Positions 28,575 through 41,884 of a stretch of DNA of 64,000 nucleotides are shown here, one piece after another; position 1 is the first letter of the stretch, and each line of letters starts with the position of its first letter. The notes under the pieces were generated by a model. It worked only from the letters and a program-made list of their open reading frames with translations. It did no database searches and was not told the origin of the DNA. Made by a program: the position numbers and the translations under genes. Origin of the DNA: the human T2T-CHM13v2.0 reference genome, Homo sapiens. The stretch is taken from contig CP086569.2 in assembly GCA_009914755.4 (NCBI GenBank), positions 18,816,001 to 18,880,000 of the forward strand. Direction: 5' to 3'.

Positions 28575-28885
28575 TTGTTGTTTGTTTGTTTGTTTGTTTT
28601 GAGATGGAGTCTTGGTCTGTTCCCATGGCTGGAGTGCAATGACATGATCTCAGCTTTGGTAACCTCAGCTTCCCGGGTTCACGAAATTCTCCTGTCTTAG
28701 CTTCCTGAGGATCTGGGTTTACAGGACCCAGACACCACTACCGGCTAATTTTTTTTACATTTTTAGTAGAGAGTTTGTTTCACCATGTTGACCAGGATGA
28801 TCTCAAACACCTGACCTAAGGACATCCACCTGGCTCAGCCTCCCAAACTGCTGGGATTACCGATGTGAGCCATCATGCCTGGCCA
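28575..28885 (-). mobile_element. Alu (minus)
   Basis: gagatggagtcttggtctgttcccatggctggagtgcaatgacatgatctcagc...gctgggattaccgatgtgagccatcatgcctggcc. Mirror at 58,177-58,487 (+). Confidence 0.85.
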
Positions 28886-29439
28886 CGCCAATTCCTTTAT
28901 TTCTTTATGGAATCAAATGTAGGTTGAGAATCATCTTTCCTAATACTTGTCAGTGCCTCAAGATTGTTAGGATAAATATAAAACTTCCAACCAAAGGATA
29001 CTTGTTGACATCCAGAATTTTAAGAAAAGTTGTGAAATAAAATACCCAGCTTCTGGCTCTTTCCTCGTGAGCAGGCTCAATGTCTGGGAAATCCTTGGAA
29101 ACTGGAAGAAGGGTAGAGCTGGGGTAGGTGGGGATGATCTTTGAAACCACTGCCGCTCTGGCAGCCACTGTTGCTCCTCAGGAAATGGCTTGGAGCCTCA
29201 GCCTTCAGAAGAAGTAACAGGGGCTCAGCAATCGGTATTTTGTGTGCCAGGTTTTCCATCTCCATATCTGTTTTGGTGATGTATCTATTCAGGTCTCTAC
29301 TTATTAATTAGGTCATCTTATTTGTTTGAATATTTTGCATAAAAGTCACTTTTCAGATGTGTTTCCTAAACTTTTCTTAGCCTGAGGCTTGTTTTTTTTG
29401 GTTCTCTTAACCAGAACATAGTTTTTGTTTGTTTTGTTT

Positions 29440-29660
29440 TGTATTGTTTTGTTTTCTTCTTGTTTTTTGCCTTTTTTGAGATGGAGTCACACCTTGTCAC
29501 CCAACCTGGGGTGCAAAGGCATGATTTTGGCCCACTGCAACATCTGTCTCCTGGGTTGAAGGGATTCTTCTGCCTCAGGTTCCAGAGTAGCGTGGACTAC
29601 ATGTGTCTGCCAACAAGCCCACCTATTTTTTTTTTTTTTTTGTATTTTTAATAGAGACAG
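29440..29660 (-). mobile_element. Alu fragment (minus) with poly-T
   Basis: gagatggagtcacaccttgtcacccaacctggggtgcaaaggcatgattttggcccactgcaacatctgtctcctgggttgaagggattcttctgcctcaggttccagagtagcgtggactaca. Mirror at 57,402-57,622 (+). Confidence 0.75.
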
Positions 29661-29666
29661 TGTGGC

Positions 29667-30490
29667 AGTCAGTTACTATGGGATGAAACAAAGGGGGTTG
29701 AATGCAGAAATGAAGACAAAGACAAAAAAGATCTGTTTTAAAAGAGGGGTTGAGGGCTCATTGCTTCTAATCAGCAAAGGCCCTGAGCTTCTACAGGCCT
29801 TCATATTTAGTAGGCAGAATCAACAGGGAGGAAAGGTAATTGTTGGTCAGCTGCTTGCATTATCACAGGCTCACACAATTGCTTTCTATATACTACCGGC
29901 TTCAGATGTTCCTATATATAACCACAAGAAAGACTGTGCTTGGGGCATGACTGCCCTCAGCATTCCTTCTGACACCAGACGTGGTGTGTCAGGTTGCCAA
30001 CATGCTGCTTTCATGAGAACAGTTCCCTCTCTGCTCATAGACCCTCCAGTCATTACTGAGTTGGTCACGACTCTCATTCTTTTGGCCTCCAACATCTCCT
30101 CCTTTTTATTTTTGCATTAATTGAGTAAAGATAATTGCAGGCTGTGCAGCTCTCCACTGCTGTTTGGTGGTCCAGCTGCTTTTACAGACAATGAACATAA
30201 AAGAGAGACATCATGATGTTACTCTGATAATCACAAAAAAGACATTTAGGTGATGTTTGGAGGAGGTCCAAAGGCTAAGGCTCTCTAAACCTTGCTGGAA
30301 TTCTGCCCAAGTTTTCAGAGACGGCTGACTTACTTGAGTATGCTTTTTCAAGTTAAGAATTTTGCTTTGTAAATCAAGTTTCCATGGATATTCCCTTTGG
30401 TTTTATTCCAAATTGGTTACACAAAGATGAGCATGCTTAAAATGACAATGCAATTGCTGCCGCAACTGCAAGTTTGTTCTTGGTTTCCTA
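29667..30490 (-). mobile_element. Probable 3' LTR of the HERV-K-like provirus (minus orientation)
   Basis: It begins tgtggcag on the plus strand, so the minus-strand element ends ...ctgccaca (the TG...CA LTR termini). It lies directly distal to the env stop at 30,509. The far boundary is approximate. Mirror at about 56,572-57,395 (+). Confidence 0.4.
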
Positions 30491-33400
30491 GCCACAGAAC
30501 TGTAATCTTTAACTCTTTAACATTGCTACTTCCATGTGTATCTCAGTGTTAAGTTTATTTTTAAGCATCCATGCCTGGTCGGCTGTACACATCCAATTTT
30601 CTACATATTGAGCTGTGATTTGAATGGAGCTGTACATTGCTACTAAGGACACCACAACAGAAGTTATTAATGTACCTAAGGAGACTTTCACAAAAATTTT
30701 CATGCCTAAGGCTCTACAAGCACAATGAATAAGCTGACTAAGAAAAAAGTTTACAAAATGGAAACCAGAGGTGACCACCCAAGGCTCAGGCAGATTTACA
30801 GGAATCCATAATCCGGGATTGTGACCTAGAATTACTAGGGTGGATATGCTGTATGTTTGTACTGTGCTATGATTAAGGGAATAATACAGTTAACAGGAAT
30901 CACAAGTCAGTCGGGCATCGTTTACCTGGAGTTGGTCCTTTTTGCTGCCAGAAAAACAAAAGTTCAAAAACACAAATTGTAAATTGAGTGGTAGTGTTTT
31001 CTACAATGGTAACATTAAAACTGTGTTCAGCACAATTACTATAATTAGATAGTGTTCCGACACAAATGCTGCCATTCATATAGTGGAGTGCTGCCTTCCC
31101 TATCGACTCCTGAGTTGGACCTCTCTTTCCTTGGTAATGCCATTGAGGCAAAGTTGAGTTAAAACCTGTTCCATGCCAAGTGAAACTTGCTGCAGGTTGG
31201 GACTGAATCCCAGCGCAATGTAGTGAAGAGATGCTGACCAGTGTCAGCGAAGTTTATGCCATGAGGTCGGATTCTCATCTCTCCCATCTAAGTGACCACA
31301 GGCACCTAGAAAATAATGTCTCCCATTAGCATGTACTCTTGTCTAGCTAGGGGACCAAGACACTGGGTCCAAGGAGGGGGGTAAGAATTATCAAAGGGAG
31401 CCCATTCTGTATAATTAATACGATTTGGGAGATGGGGCTGGGAGTGATTAGTAGCTACACCAGTAATGTTAATAGAGCTAAGGCCTAATAGGTACATATT
31501 TTTTTCCATGGTAACTCAGCCATACTTGGGATTAATTTGCAAGGCCACTGCAGTTGAGTGATGTACCCTGGGTGACTCATGAAGGAAGTCCCTCCAATGG
31601 AGCAGCATAATTGATAATCATTGTTCTGAGAGTCTAATAACTGTTTGTCAGGGGGTGTTAGGGGTCCTGGTGCCCCTGCTTCATGATCATGATAGATGTC
31701 AGGGGGAGTGTCACTCCAAATTACACTCCGTAATACTGGGGGATTGGGAATATATGCCCAATATGTTTTTGTCTCTCTGCACAAGGGAAACCTACTGCAC
31801 AGGATGTTATGGGTAGCATGGCCATCAACGTGATGTCAGGGGTGTTTGCCTGACCCTGGTGCTCCAGCAATTTCAACTGACTCATGGCTTGTAATGGAGG
31901 AGTTGGATTCATAGTTGGGATCCATGGCTCTCTCCAGTCTCCCTTTACATGGTCACAAACACACAGATTATCCATCTCCTGTAAAAACACAAGCATACCC
32001 TCATCCTTACATCAGTAAATCTCCTGAGCATTTCCATCGTCCTTAGGGGGATTTTCATAATATTTTGGGGCATACTTTACTTTTTCCCTATAACATTTAC
32101 CAGTGTCGTTCTGCCATAGTCTTACTATCTGTGCCAGGAGTCAAAAAAATTAAAGTAAATAAGTAAAAAAATAAATTAAAGTAAAAGTAAATGTATTTTG
32201 TTTGAGGTGGTAACTGATCTCTTGTTTCCTCTTTCGGTTTTTTTCAGCACAGCTTGTAATGTTTGATTTGCCCGCTCTATAATTCCTTGTCTTTGGGGTT
32301 TGTAAGGAATTCCTGTTTTATGAGTGATTGACCATAGCTGTAAAAAATTTTAAAAAGCATGACTAGCATAAGCTTGTCCATTGTCAGTTTTTAATTGTTT
32401 AGGGACCCCCCATATGAGCAAATGACGACAGACAATGTCATTACACATAACCAGCTGTGTGACCTGGTTTGCATGTAGCATGCCGCATATGAGAATACGT
32501 GTCTGTAGTCACACGAACAAAGGAGAACTTACCAATGGCAGCTTTGTGAGTAACATCCATCTGTCAGATTTCATTTGAAGCTAAGTCTCATGGGTTACAG
32601 CCTTCTATGAGTGTGACTCCAGTGACATGCTGGCAAGCAGGACAGGCTTGTACGGGCTGCAGCCTGGCTGTTAGGCAAATGAAACATACGAGTAGAGGCA
32701 GAGTTTTGATGCAGTAATATATGAGAAGGTTGAGCTTGTTGAAATGCAGAACAAACCAATTTATTGGCTCTATTATTACCTAGATATAGTGGTGTAGGTA
32801 GTTGTGTGGGAGAGCAAATATAAGAAATATAAAAAGCAGCACAAGAGCAAACAGCTTCTTAAAGTCTTAGAAACAAGTTAAACTGCTCTGGTTCCAGGGT
32901 GCTTTTAATAATAGTGGCCGTCCCAATATGACCGGCTACATTTACAACATAGGCTGAATCACAGAGAGTGTTAATAAGAGATGAACCAGTGAGCTGTAAA
33001 ACCTGCATAACTGCCATTAGTTCTGAGCGTTGATCTGAAACTCCGGGGTTTTTTATTGTTTGAGCATGCTTAGTACCATAAGTAACTTTGCGACCTTTGG
33101 AAGAGCCATCAGTAAGTAGGTCTGGCTGCATGAAATGGGCTTGTGATGAGTAATCACGGGGAAGATGAAAGGTTGAACTTTTAAAATTGCAAAATTTTGT
33201 CTGATGGATAATGTTTATGTATTGTTCCTACACAATCTGAAAGAGCAATTTGCCACACAGTCAACATTTCCCATGCTGCAGCCTGTTGCTGGGAATCCAA
33301 TATTTCTCCTCACACTTTTAGACTGGCTCTAAAAGGAGAACAATAATTTTGTGTGGATCATATCTCTTAAGCATTTTTGATCTATCCCTACCCCTTGTTA

Positions 33401-34265
33401 TAAACTGAGTAGTTAAAGAAATATAAACTTGCAGAGATTTTACTCTCTGATTGAATTTCAAAAAAAGCCATTCTATTACAATTACATATTTTTTCTATGA
33501 TCTGGCCTAAAAGTCCTGTTGGAGAATGAGGGGTAGAGAGAATAAAGGGAACCAAGGGCTTTTGTGGCTGTAGCCGGGAGGCATGTGTTTGCTGAAGAAT
33601 CTGCTCTACAAGCTGTAACTCAGCTCCAGCCTCCTCAGACAAACCAGCAACTGGGTTGTCTCCTAAGCCCATTGCTCCTAATGAAGAATTTCCATGGAGT
33701 GCCTGAGTGTTTGAGTTGACGAGTAGCAATACCTAGGATTGGACACAGCCAATTTATATCTCCTAATAGTTGTTGGAAATCACTGAAGGTTTGTAATCTG
33801 TCCCTATGGAGGACTGCTTTCTGAGGTCGAACATTTGTTTCAGTAACAATAGTGCCTAAGTATTGGTATGGGGAGGTTGCTTCTACCTTTTGTTGAACTA
33901 TTTTGAGATGTCCCCCTGTTTTGCTTCTCTCAACAATTGGTGTAATAGCTCTTCCATTGGAGCAGCCAAAAGAATTTCATCCATATAATGAATGATGTAG
34001 GCAGTAGGAAATATATTATGAGGCTCCTTTAAGGACTGACCTACAAAACGCTGAAATAGCGTAGGACCGGTGAGCATGCTTTGGGGTGAAACTTTGCTTA
34101 TCCTTCTCATGTAAGGGTATAGTAAGGAAATAATCTTTGAGATCTACTACTGTAGGAGGTGAGTCACTTGGAATGGCTGCCAGGAATGGCAGACCTTGCT
34201 GTAATGCACCCATTGATTAAATCTGTGCATTAATCGCTCTCAAATCATGTAACAACTTGCTGGCA
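30491..34265 (-). mobile_element. HERV-K-like (ERVK/class II, betaretrovirus-like) provirus internal region, 5'-truncated. Distal pol (RT, RNase H, IN) plus env remain; gag, pro and the 5' LTR are absent.
   Basis: Minus-strand ORFs:
- 34016-34213: RT motif VVDLKDYFLTIPLHEKDKQSF.
- 33898-34110: RT active-site region YIIHYMDEILLAAP (YxDD degraded).
- 33388-33729: ...ILSTPHSPTGLLGQ.
- 32859-33131: RNase H (LLTDGSSKGRKVTYG...SDQRSELMAVMQVLQ).
- 30900-31996: env SU-like.
- 30509-30778: env TM-like with a hydrophobic anchor.
The motif pattern parallels HML-group pol/env. The frames are broken. Mirror at 52,797-56,571 (+). Confidence 0.75.
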
Positions 34266-34317
34266 AATCGGTCTGTTTTTATATAGTAAAATTTTGCTGA
34301 AACCTTACACTTGTGTT

Positions 34318-34726
34318 GATACATATGTATATGTATATGTGTGTATATATCTCTATATGTGTGTATATATATACATATACACATGCACACACATATGTAT
34401 GTGTGTACATATATGTATGTAATATGCACATATGTAATATGCACATATGTAATACCCAGAGTTTATGGATGTATACCTATACACTCTGGTATGTGTGTAT
34501 AGATGGTATGTGTATATGTAGGTATATACGTATACACATACACATATGTATGTGTATATATATATATAACACGTGTATATATACACACATATATGCACAC
34601 ATACAGACACATATTTAAGTGAGTGTGTATATTTACATATATATGCATGCTCTGTCTATAAATGTGTTTATATATACACACACAAACATATATACATACA
34701 CATATATACATATACACATATGTATA
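34318..34726. repeat. Long compound (TG)n/(TA)n/(TATG)n-type microsatellite block (about 400 bp) between the truncated ERVK and the L1 5' end
   Basis: Seen directly. It generates the overlapping low-complexity ORFs at 34217-34786. Mirror at 52,336-52,744 with identical length. Confidence 0.9.
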
Positions 34727-37700
34727 CGGAGCCAAGATGGTTGAATAGGAACAGCTCCAGTCTACAGCTCCCAGCATGAGCCACACAGAAGACAGGGGAT
34801 TTCTGCATTTCCAACTGAGGTACCGGATTCATCTCACTGGGGCGTGTCAGACCGTGGGTGCAGGACAGTGGGTGCAGTGCACCGAGGGTGAGCCAAAGCA
34901 CAGCGAGGCATCACCTCACCCAGGGAGCACAAGGGGTCAGGGAATTCCCTTTCCTATTCAAAGAAAGGGCTGGCAGACAGCACCTGGAAAATCAGGTCAC
35001 TCCCACATTAATACTGCGCTTCTCCAGTGGTCTTAGCAAACGGCACACCAGGAGATTATATCACACACCTGGCTTGGAAGGCCTACACCCACGGAGCCTC
35101 ACTCTTTGCTAGCACAGCAGTCTGAGATCAAACTGCAAGGCGACAATGAGGCTGGGGAAGGGGAGCCCATCATTGCTGCCGCTTGAGTAGGTAAACAAAG
35201 TGGCCAGGAATTTCGAACTGGGTGGAGCCCACTGCAGCTCAAGGAGGCCTGCCTGCCTCTGTAGACTCCACCTGTGGGGGCAGGGCATAGCCAAACAAAA
35301 GGCAGCAGAAACCTATGCAGACTTAAATATCCCTGTCTGACAGCTTTGAAGAGAATAGTGGTTCTCCCAGCACGCAGCTTGAAATCTCAGAACGGACAGA
35401 CTGCCTCTTCAAGTGGGTCCCTGAACCCCACATAGCCTAACTGGGAGGCACCCCCCAGTAGCTGCAGACTGACACCTCACACGGCTGGGTACTCCTCTGA
35501 GGCCAAACTTCCAGAGGAACAATCAGCCAGCAATAGTTGCTGTTCACCAGTATCTGCTGTTCTGCAGGCTCCGCTGCTGATACCTAGGGAAACAGGGTCT
35601 GGAGTGGACCTCCAGCAAACTCCAACAGACTTGCAGCTGAGAGTCCTGATTGTTAGAAGGAAAATTAACAAACAGAAAGGACATCCACACCAAAACCCCA
35701 TCTGTATGTCACCGTCATCAAAGACCAAAGGTAGATAAAACCACAAAGATTGGGAAAAAACAGAGCAGAAAAACTGGAAACTCTAAAAATCAGAGCGCCT
35801 CTCCTCCTCCAAAGGAATGCAGCTCCTCACCAGCAACAGAACAAAGCTGGATGGAGCATGACTTTGACGACTTGAAAGAAGAAGGTTTCAGATGATCAAA
35901 CTACTCCGAGCTAAAGGAGGAAGTTCGAACCCATGGCAAAGGTGCTGAAAACCTTGAAAAAAAAATTAGATGAATGGCTAACTAGAATAACCAAAGCAGA
36001 GAAGCCCTTAAAGGACCTGATGGAGCTGAAAACCATGGCACGAGAACTACGTGATGAACGCACAAGCCTCAGTAGCCGATTTGATCAACTGGAAGAAAGG
36101 GTATCAGTGACGGAAGATCAAGTGAATGAAATGTAGTGAGAAGAGAAGTTAAGAGAAAAAAGAATAAAAAGAAATGAACAAAGCCTCCAAAAAATATGGG
36201 ACTATGTGAAAAGACCAAAGCGACATCTGATTGGTGTACCTGAAAGTGACGGGGAGAATGGATCTATTATCCGGGAGAACTTCCCAAATGTAGCGAGGCA
36301 GGCCAACACTCAGATTCAGGAAATACAGAGGAACGCCACAAAGATACACCTCAAGAAGAGCGACTCCAAGACACATAACTGTCAGGTTCACCAAAGTTGA
36401 AATGAAGGAAAAGATGTTAAGGGAAGCCAGAGAGAAGGTAGGGTCACCCACAAAGGGAAGCCCATCAGACTAACAGCTGATCACTTGGAGAAACTCTACA
36501 AGCCACAAGAGAGTGAGGGCCAATATTCAACATTCTTAAAGAAAGGAATTTTCAACCCAGAATTTCATATCCAGCCAAACTAAGCATCATAAGTGAAGGA
36601 GACATAAAATCCTTTACAGGCAAGCAAATGCTGAGAGATTTTGTCATCACCAGGCCTGCCCTAAAGGAGCTCCTGAAGGAAGAGCCAAACATGGAAAGGA
36701 ACAACCGGTACCAGCCACTGCAAAGACATGCCAAATTGTAAAGACCATCGAGGCTAGGAAGAAGCTGCATCAACTAACTAGCAAAATAACCAGCTAACAT
36801 CAAAGTGACAGAATCAAATTCACACATAACAATATTAACCTTAAATGTAAACGGGCTAAATGCTCCAATTAAAAGACACAGACTGGCAAATTGGATAAAG
36901 AGTCAAGACCCATCAGTGTGCTCTATTCAGGAAACCCATCTGACGTGCAGAGACACACATGGGCTTAGAATAAAGGGACGGAGGAAGATCTACCAAGCAA
37001 ATGGAAGACAAAAAAAGGCAAGGGTTGCAATCCTAGTCTCCGATAAAACAGACTTTAAACCAACAAAGATCAAGAGGTCAAATCAACAAGAAGAGCTAAC
37101 TATCCTAAATATATACGTACTCAATACAGGAGCACCCAGATTCATAAAGCAAGTCCTTAGAGACCTACAAAGAGACTTAGACTCCCACACAATGATAATG
37201 GGAGACTTTAATGCCCCACTGTCAACATTAGACAGATCAACGAGACAGAAAGTTAACAAGGATATGCAGGAAATGAAGTCAGCTCTGCACCAAGTGGACC
37301 TAATAGACATCTACAGAACTCTCCACCCCAAATCAACAGAATATACGTTCTTTTCAGCATCACACCACACCTATTCCAAAACTGACTCCATAGTTGGAAG
37401 TAAAGCACTCCACAGCAAATGTAAAAGAACAGAAATTATAACAAACTGTCTCTCAGACCACAGTGAAATCAAACTAGAACTCAGGATTAAGAAACTCACT
37501 CAAAACCGCTCAACTGCATGGAAACTGAACAACCTGCTCCTGAATGACTACTAGGTACATAACGAAATGAAGGCAGAAATAAAGATGTTCCTTGAAACCA
37601 ACAAGAACTAAGATACAATATACCAGAATCTCTGGGACACGTTCAAAGCTGCATGTAGAGGGAAATGTGTAGCACTAAATGCCCACAGGAGAAAACAGGA

Positions 37701-40700
37701 AAGATCTAAAATTGACACCCTGACATGACAATTAAAAGAACTAGAGAAGCAAGACCAAACACATTCAAAAGCTAGCAGAAGGCAAGAAATAACTAAGATC
37801 AGAGCAGAACTGAAGGAAATAGAGACACAAAAGCCCCTTCAAAAAATCAATGAATCTAGGAGTTGGTTTTTTGAAAAGATCAACAAAATTGATAGACCGC
37901 TAGCAGTACTAACAAAGAAGAAAAAAGAAGAATCAAATAGACGCAATAAAAAATGACAAAAGGGATATCACCACCGACCCCACAGAAATACAAACTACCA
38001 TCAGAGAATACTATAAACACCTCTACACAAATGAAGTAGAAAACCTAAAAGAAATGGATAAATTCCTCGACACATACACCCTCCCAAGACTAAACCGGGA
38101 AGAAGTTGGATCTCTGAATAGACAAGTAACAGGCTCTGAAATTCAGGCAATAAGTAATATTGCAAAAAAAAAGTCCAGGACCAGATGGATTCACATCCGA
38201 ATTCTACCAGAGGTACAAGGAGGAGCTGGTACCATTCCTTCTGAAACGATTCCAATCAATAGAAGAAGAGGGAGCCCTCTCTAACTCATTTTATGAGGCC
38301 AGCATCATCCTGATACCAAAGCCTGGCAGAGACACAGCAAAAATAGAGAATTTTAGACCAAAATCCCTGATGAACATCAATGCAAGAATCGTCAATAAAA
38401 TACTGGCAAACCGAATCCAGCAGCACATCTAAAAGCTTACCCACCGTGATCAAGTGGGCTTCATCCCTGGGATGCAAGGCTGGTTCAACATATGCAAATC
38501 AATAAACATAATCCAGCATATAAACAGAACCAATGACAAAAGCCACATGATTAACTCAATAGATGCAGAAAAGGCCTTCAACAAAGTTCAACAGCACTTC
38601 ATGCTAAAAACTCTCAATAAATTAGGTATGGATGGGACGTATTTCAAAATAATAAGAGCTATCCATGACAAACGCACAGCCACTTCATACTGAATGGGCA
38701 GAAACTGGAAGCATTCCCTTTGAAAACTGGCACAAGACAGGGATGCCCTCTCTCACCATTCCTATTCAACCTAGTGTTGGAAGTTCTGTCCTGGGCAATC
38801 AGGCAGGAGAAGTAAACAAAGGGTATTCAATTAGTAAAATAGGAAGTCAAATTCTCCCTGTTTGCAGATGACATGATTGTATATTTAGAAAACCCCATCG
38901 TCTCAGTCTAAAATCTCCTTAAGCTTGTAAACAACTTCAGCAAAGTCTCAGGATACAAAATCAATGTGCAAAAAATCACAAACATTCTTATACACCAATA
39001 ACAGACAAGCAGAGAGCTAAATCATGAGTGAACTCCCATTCACAATTGCTTCAAAGAGAATAGAATACCTAGGAATCCAACTTACAGGGGATGTGAAGGA
39101 CCTCTTCAAGGAGAACTACAAACCACTGCTTAATGAAATAAAAGAGGTTACAAACAAATGGGAGAACATGCCATGCTCATGGATAGGAAGAATCAACATC
39201 GTGAAAATGGCCATACTGCCCAACGTAATTTATAGATTCAATGCCATCCCCATCAAGCTACCAATGACTTTCTTCACAGAATGGAAAAGCTCATATGGAA
39301 CCAAAAAAGAGCCCACATTGCCAAGTCATTCCTAAGTCAAAAGAACAAAGCTGGAGGCATCACACTACCTGACTTCAAACTATGCTACAAGGCTACAACC
39401 AATGGAAGAGAACCAGGCACTCAGAAATAATGCCACATATCCACAACTATCTGATCTTTGGCAAACCAGACAAAAACAAGAAATGGGGAAAGGAATCCCT
39501 ATTTAATAAATGGTGCTGGGAAAACTGGTTAGCCATATGTAGAAAGCTGTAGCTGGAGCCCTTCCTTACACCTTATACAAAAATTAATTCAAGATGCATT
39601 GGGGACTTACATGTTAGACCTAAAACCATAAAAACCCTAGAAGAAAACCTAGGCAATACCATTCAGGACATAGGCATGGGCAAGGACTTCATGTCTAAAA
39701 CGCCAAACACAATGACAACAAAAGCCAAAATTGACAAATGGGATCTAACTAAACTAAAGAGCTTCTGCACAGCAAAAGAAACTACCATCAGAGTCAACAG
39801 GTAACCTACAGAATGGGAGAAAATTTTTGCAATCTACCCATCTGACAAAGGGCTAATATCCAGAATCTACAAAGAACTTAAACAAATTTACAAGAAAAAA
39901 ACAAACAACCCCATCCAAAAGTGGGCAAAGGATATGAACAGACATTTCTCAAAAGAACACATTCATGCAGCCAAAAAACACATGAAAAAATGCTCATCAT
40001 CACTGGCCGTCAGAGAAATGCAAATCAAAACCACAATGAGACACCATCTCACACCAGTTAGAATGGTGATCATGAAAAAGTCAGGAAACAACAGGTGCTG
40101 GAGAGGATGTGGAGAAACAGGAACACTTTTACACTCTTGGTGGGACTGTAAACTAGTTCAGCCATTGTGCAAGTCCGTGTGGCGATTCCTCGGGGATCTA
40201 GAACTAGAAATCCCATTTGACCCAGCCATCCCATTACTGGGTATATACCCAAAGGATTACAAATCATGCTGCTATAAAGACACAAGCACACGTATATTTA
40301 TCACGGCACAATTCACAATAGCAAAGACTTGGAACCAACCTAAATGTCTAAAAACGACAGACTGGATTAAGAAAATGTGGCACATATACACTATGGAAAC
40401 TAGGCAGCCATAAAAAATGATGAGTTCATGTCCTTTGTAGGGACATGGATCAAACTGGAAACCATCATTCTCAGCAAACTATGGCAAGAACAAAAAACCA
40501 AACACCGCAAGTTCTCACTCATAGGTGGGAACTGAACACTGAGAACACGTGGACACAGGAAGGGGAACATCACACTCCAGGGACTGTTCTGGGGTGGGGG
40601 AAGGGGTGAGGGATAGCGTTAGGAGCTATACCTAATGCTAAATGATGAGTTAATGGGTGCAGCACACCAGCATGGCGCATGTATACATATGTAACAAACC

Positions 40701-40756
40701 TGCACGTTGTGCACATGTACCCTAAAATGTAAAGTACAATTTAAAAAAAGAAAAAA
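34727..40756 (+). mobile_element. Full-length L1 (L1PA-type, about 6.03 kb, 5'UTR to poly-A), coding-dead
   Basis: Four points:
- It starts ggagccaagatggttgaataggaacagctccagtctacagctcccagc, which is the canonical L1 5'UTR start.
- The ORF1 region (35,748-36,760) matches ORF1p (KQSRKTGNSKNQSASPPPKE..., ELKTMARELRDERTSL..., KGKPIRLTAD...), but the start codon is lost (gattggg) and the frame shifts.
- ORF2 at 36805-37554 gives 249 aa of the endonuclease domain (MTESNSHITILTLNVNGLN...). ORF2 then continues broken across frames to 40413, including the RT region [22 protein letters not shown] and the C-terminus ...[10 protein letters not shown].
- It ends in an A-rich tail at 40,740-40,756.
Mirror copy at 46,306-52,335 (-). 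Confidence 0.9.
36805..37554 (+). pseudogene. L1 ORF2p endonuclease-domain remnant. At 249 aa it is the longest ORF in the window. It carries an internal deletion of about 13 aa relative to active L1, followed by a frameshift.
   Basis: MTESNSHITILTLNVNGLNAPIKRHRLANWIKSQDPSVCSIQETHLTCRDTH...SDHSEIKLELRIKKLTQNRSTAWKLNNLLLNDY. Identical mirror ORF at 49508-50257 (-). Confidence 0.9.
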
Positions 40757-41770
40757 GTATGCTTCCATCGTTTTGTTTTGAGCCTATGTGTGCCTTTGCA
40801 CGTCAGATGTGTCTCCTGAATAAAGCACACTTGGTGTATTTATATTTAAGATTAATATTGTTACGTGTCAATTTGACCATGGTATGGTGATGCTAGCTGG
40901 TTCTTTTGCATATTCTTGATGCAGTTTCTTCATAGTGTTGTTGGACTTTTTATTTGTTATTTTTTGCAGTAGCTGTTACCAGATGTCCCCTTACATATTT
41001 AATATTCCCTTTAGGAACTCTTGTAAGGCACTCATGGTGGTGACAAAATGTTTGTACACTTAACTTGTCTGAAAATTATTTTATTTCTCCTTTGGCCATA
41101 AAGCTTAGTTTGGATGCCCATAAAATTCTGGTCTGAAAATTCTTTCCTTTAAGATCGGTGAATATTTGCCGCCTCTCTCTTGTGGCTTGTAGGGTTTCTG
41201 CAGAATTATCTGCTGTTAGTCTAATGGGCTTCCCTTTGTAGGTAACCTGATCTTTCTCTTGGGCTGCTGTAAACATTTTTTTTTTCCTTTTTTTCTGCCT
41301 TGGAGAATCTGCCAGTTATGTGTCTTGGGGGTTGTCTTCTCATGAAGTATCTCAGTGGTGTCCTCTATATTTCCCGAAAGTGTACGTTGGCCTGTCTTTG
41401 TAGGTTGGCCTACATAACATCTGTCTACGTAGGCCTGTCTATGTAGGCCTGCATAACATCCTGAAGTTTGTTTTTCAAGTTGGTTCAATTGTCCTCATCA
41501 CTTTTGGGTACACAAATCAATCACAGGTTTGGTCTTCTCACGTAATCCCGTATTTCTGGGAGGCTTTGTTGCTTCCTTTTCATACTTTGTTCTCTAATCT
41601 TGTCTTCATGCTTTATTTCATTGTCTTTAATCTGTGATATCCTTCCTTCTGCTTGATCAATTCAGCTATTGATCCTTGGGTATGCTGTGCAAAGTTCTTG
41701 CACTGTGTTTTTTAGCTACATCAGGACATTTATGTTTTCCTCTAAACTAGTTATAATCATAATTATTACT
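40757..41770 (-). mobile_element. Older L1 fragment (ORF1 C-terminal part to ORF2 start), inverted relative to the adjacent full-length L1
   Basis: Two minus-strand ORFs match L1 ORF1p: 41076-41276 (...VTYKGKPIRLTADNSAETLQATRERRQIFTDLKGKNFQTRILWASKLSFMAKGEIK) and 41216-41488. The reverse complement also contains the ORF2 start region (...IQETHLTCKGT...). Mirror at 45,292-46,305 (+). Confidence 0.8.
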
Positions 41771-41884
41771 ATTTTTGAGACGGAGTCTCACTCTGTCACC
41801 AGCCTGAAGTGCAGTGGTGTCAACTCAGCTCACTTCAACCTCCACCTCCCGTGGATTCAGCTGCTCTTAGCTGAGACTACATAG
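41771..41884 (-). mobile_element. Partial Alu (minus) spanning the left-arm/spacer boundary. Only its first 32 bp are duplicated in the right arm (45,260-45,291).
   Basis: Left: tttttgagacggagtctcactctgtcaccag|cctgaagtgcagtggtgtcaactcagctcacttcaacctccacctcccgtggattcagc. Right arm, reverse complement: ...gagacggagtctcactctgtcaccag|agagcttctgg. Arm homology ends exactly inside the Alu. Confidence 0.85.

Noticed and set aside
29662-30120. 152-aa ORF (MAVSYYGMKQRGLNAEMKTK...) and its mirror at 56942-57400
   Set aside because: It lies in the putative ERVK LTR on the strand opposite the provirus. It has no domain-like features and was probably preserved by chance. It is not called as a gene, though it could be re-examined if the LTR call is wrong.
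34217-34786. Stack of overlapping ORFs (75-107 aa) rich in Y, I, C, H, T, and their mirror set at 52276-52845
   Set aside because: Products of translating the TG/TA/TATG microsatellite in several frames. No coding potential.
39934-40413. 159-aa ORF ([44 protein letters not shown]...) and its mirror at 46649-47128
   Set aside because: This is the C-terminal cysteine-rich segment of L1 ORF2p inside the full-length L1. It is part of the L1 pseudogene, not an independent host gene.
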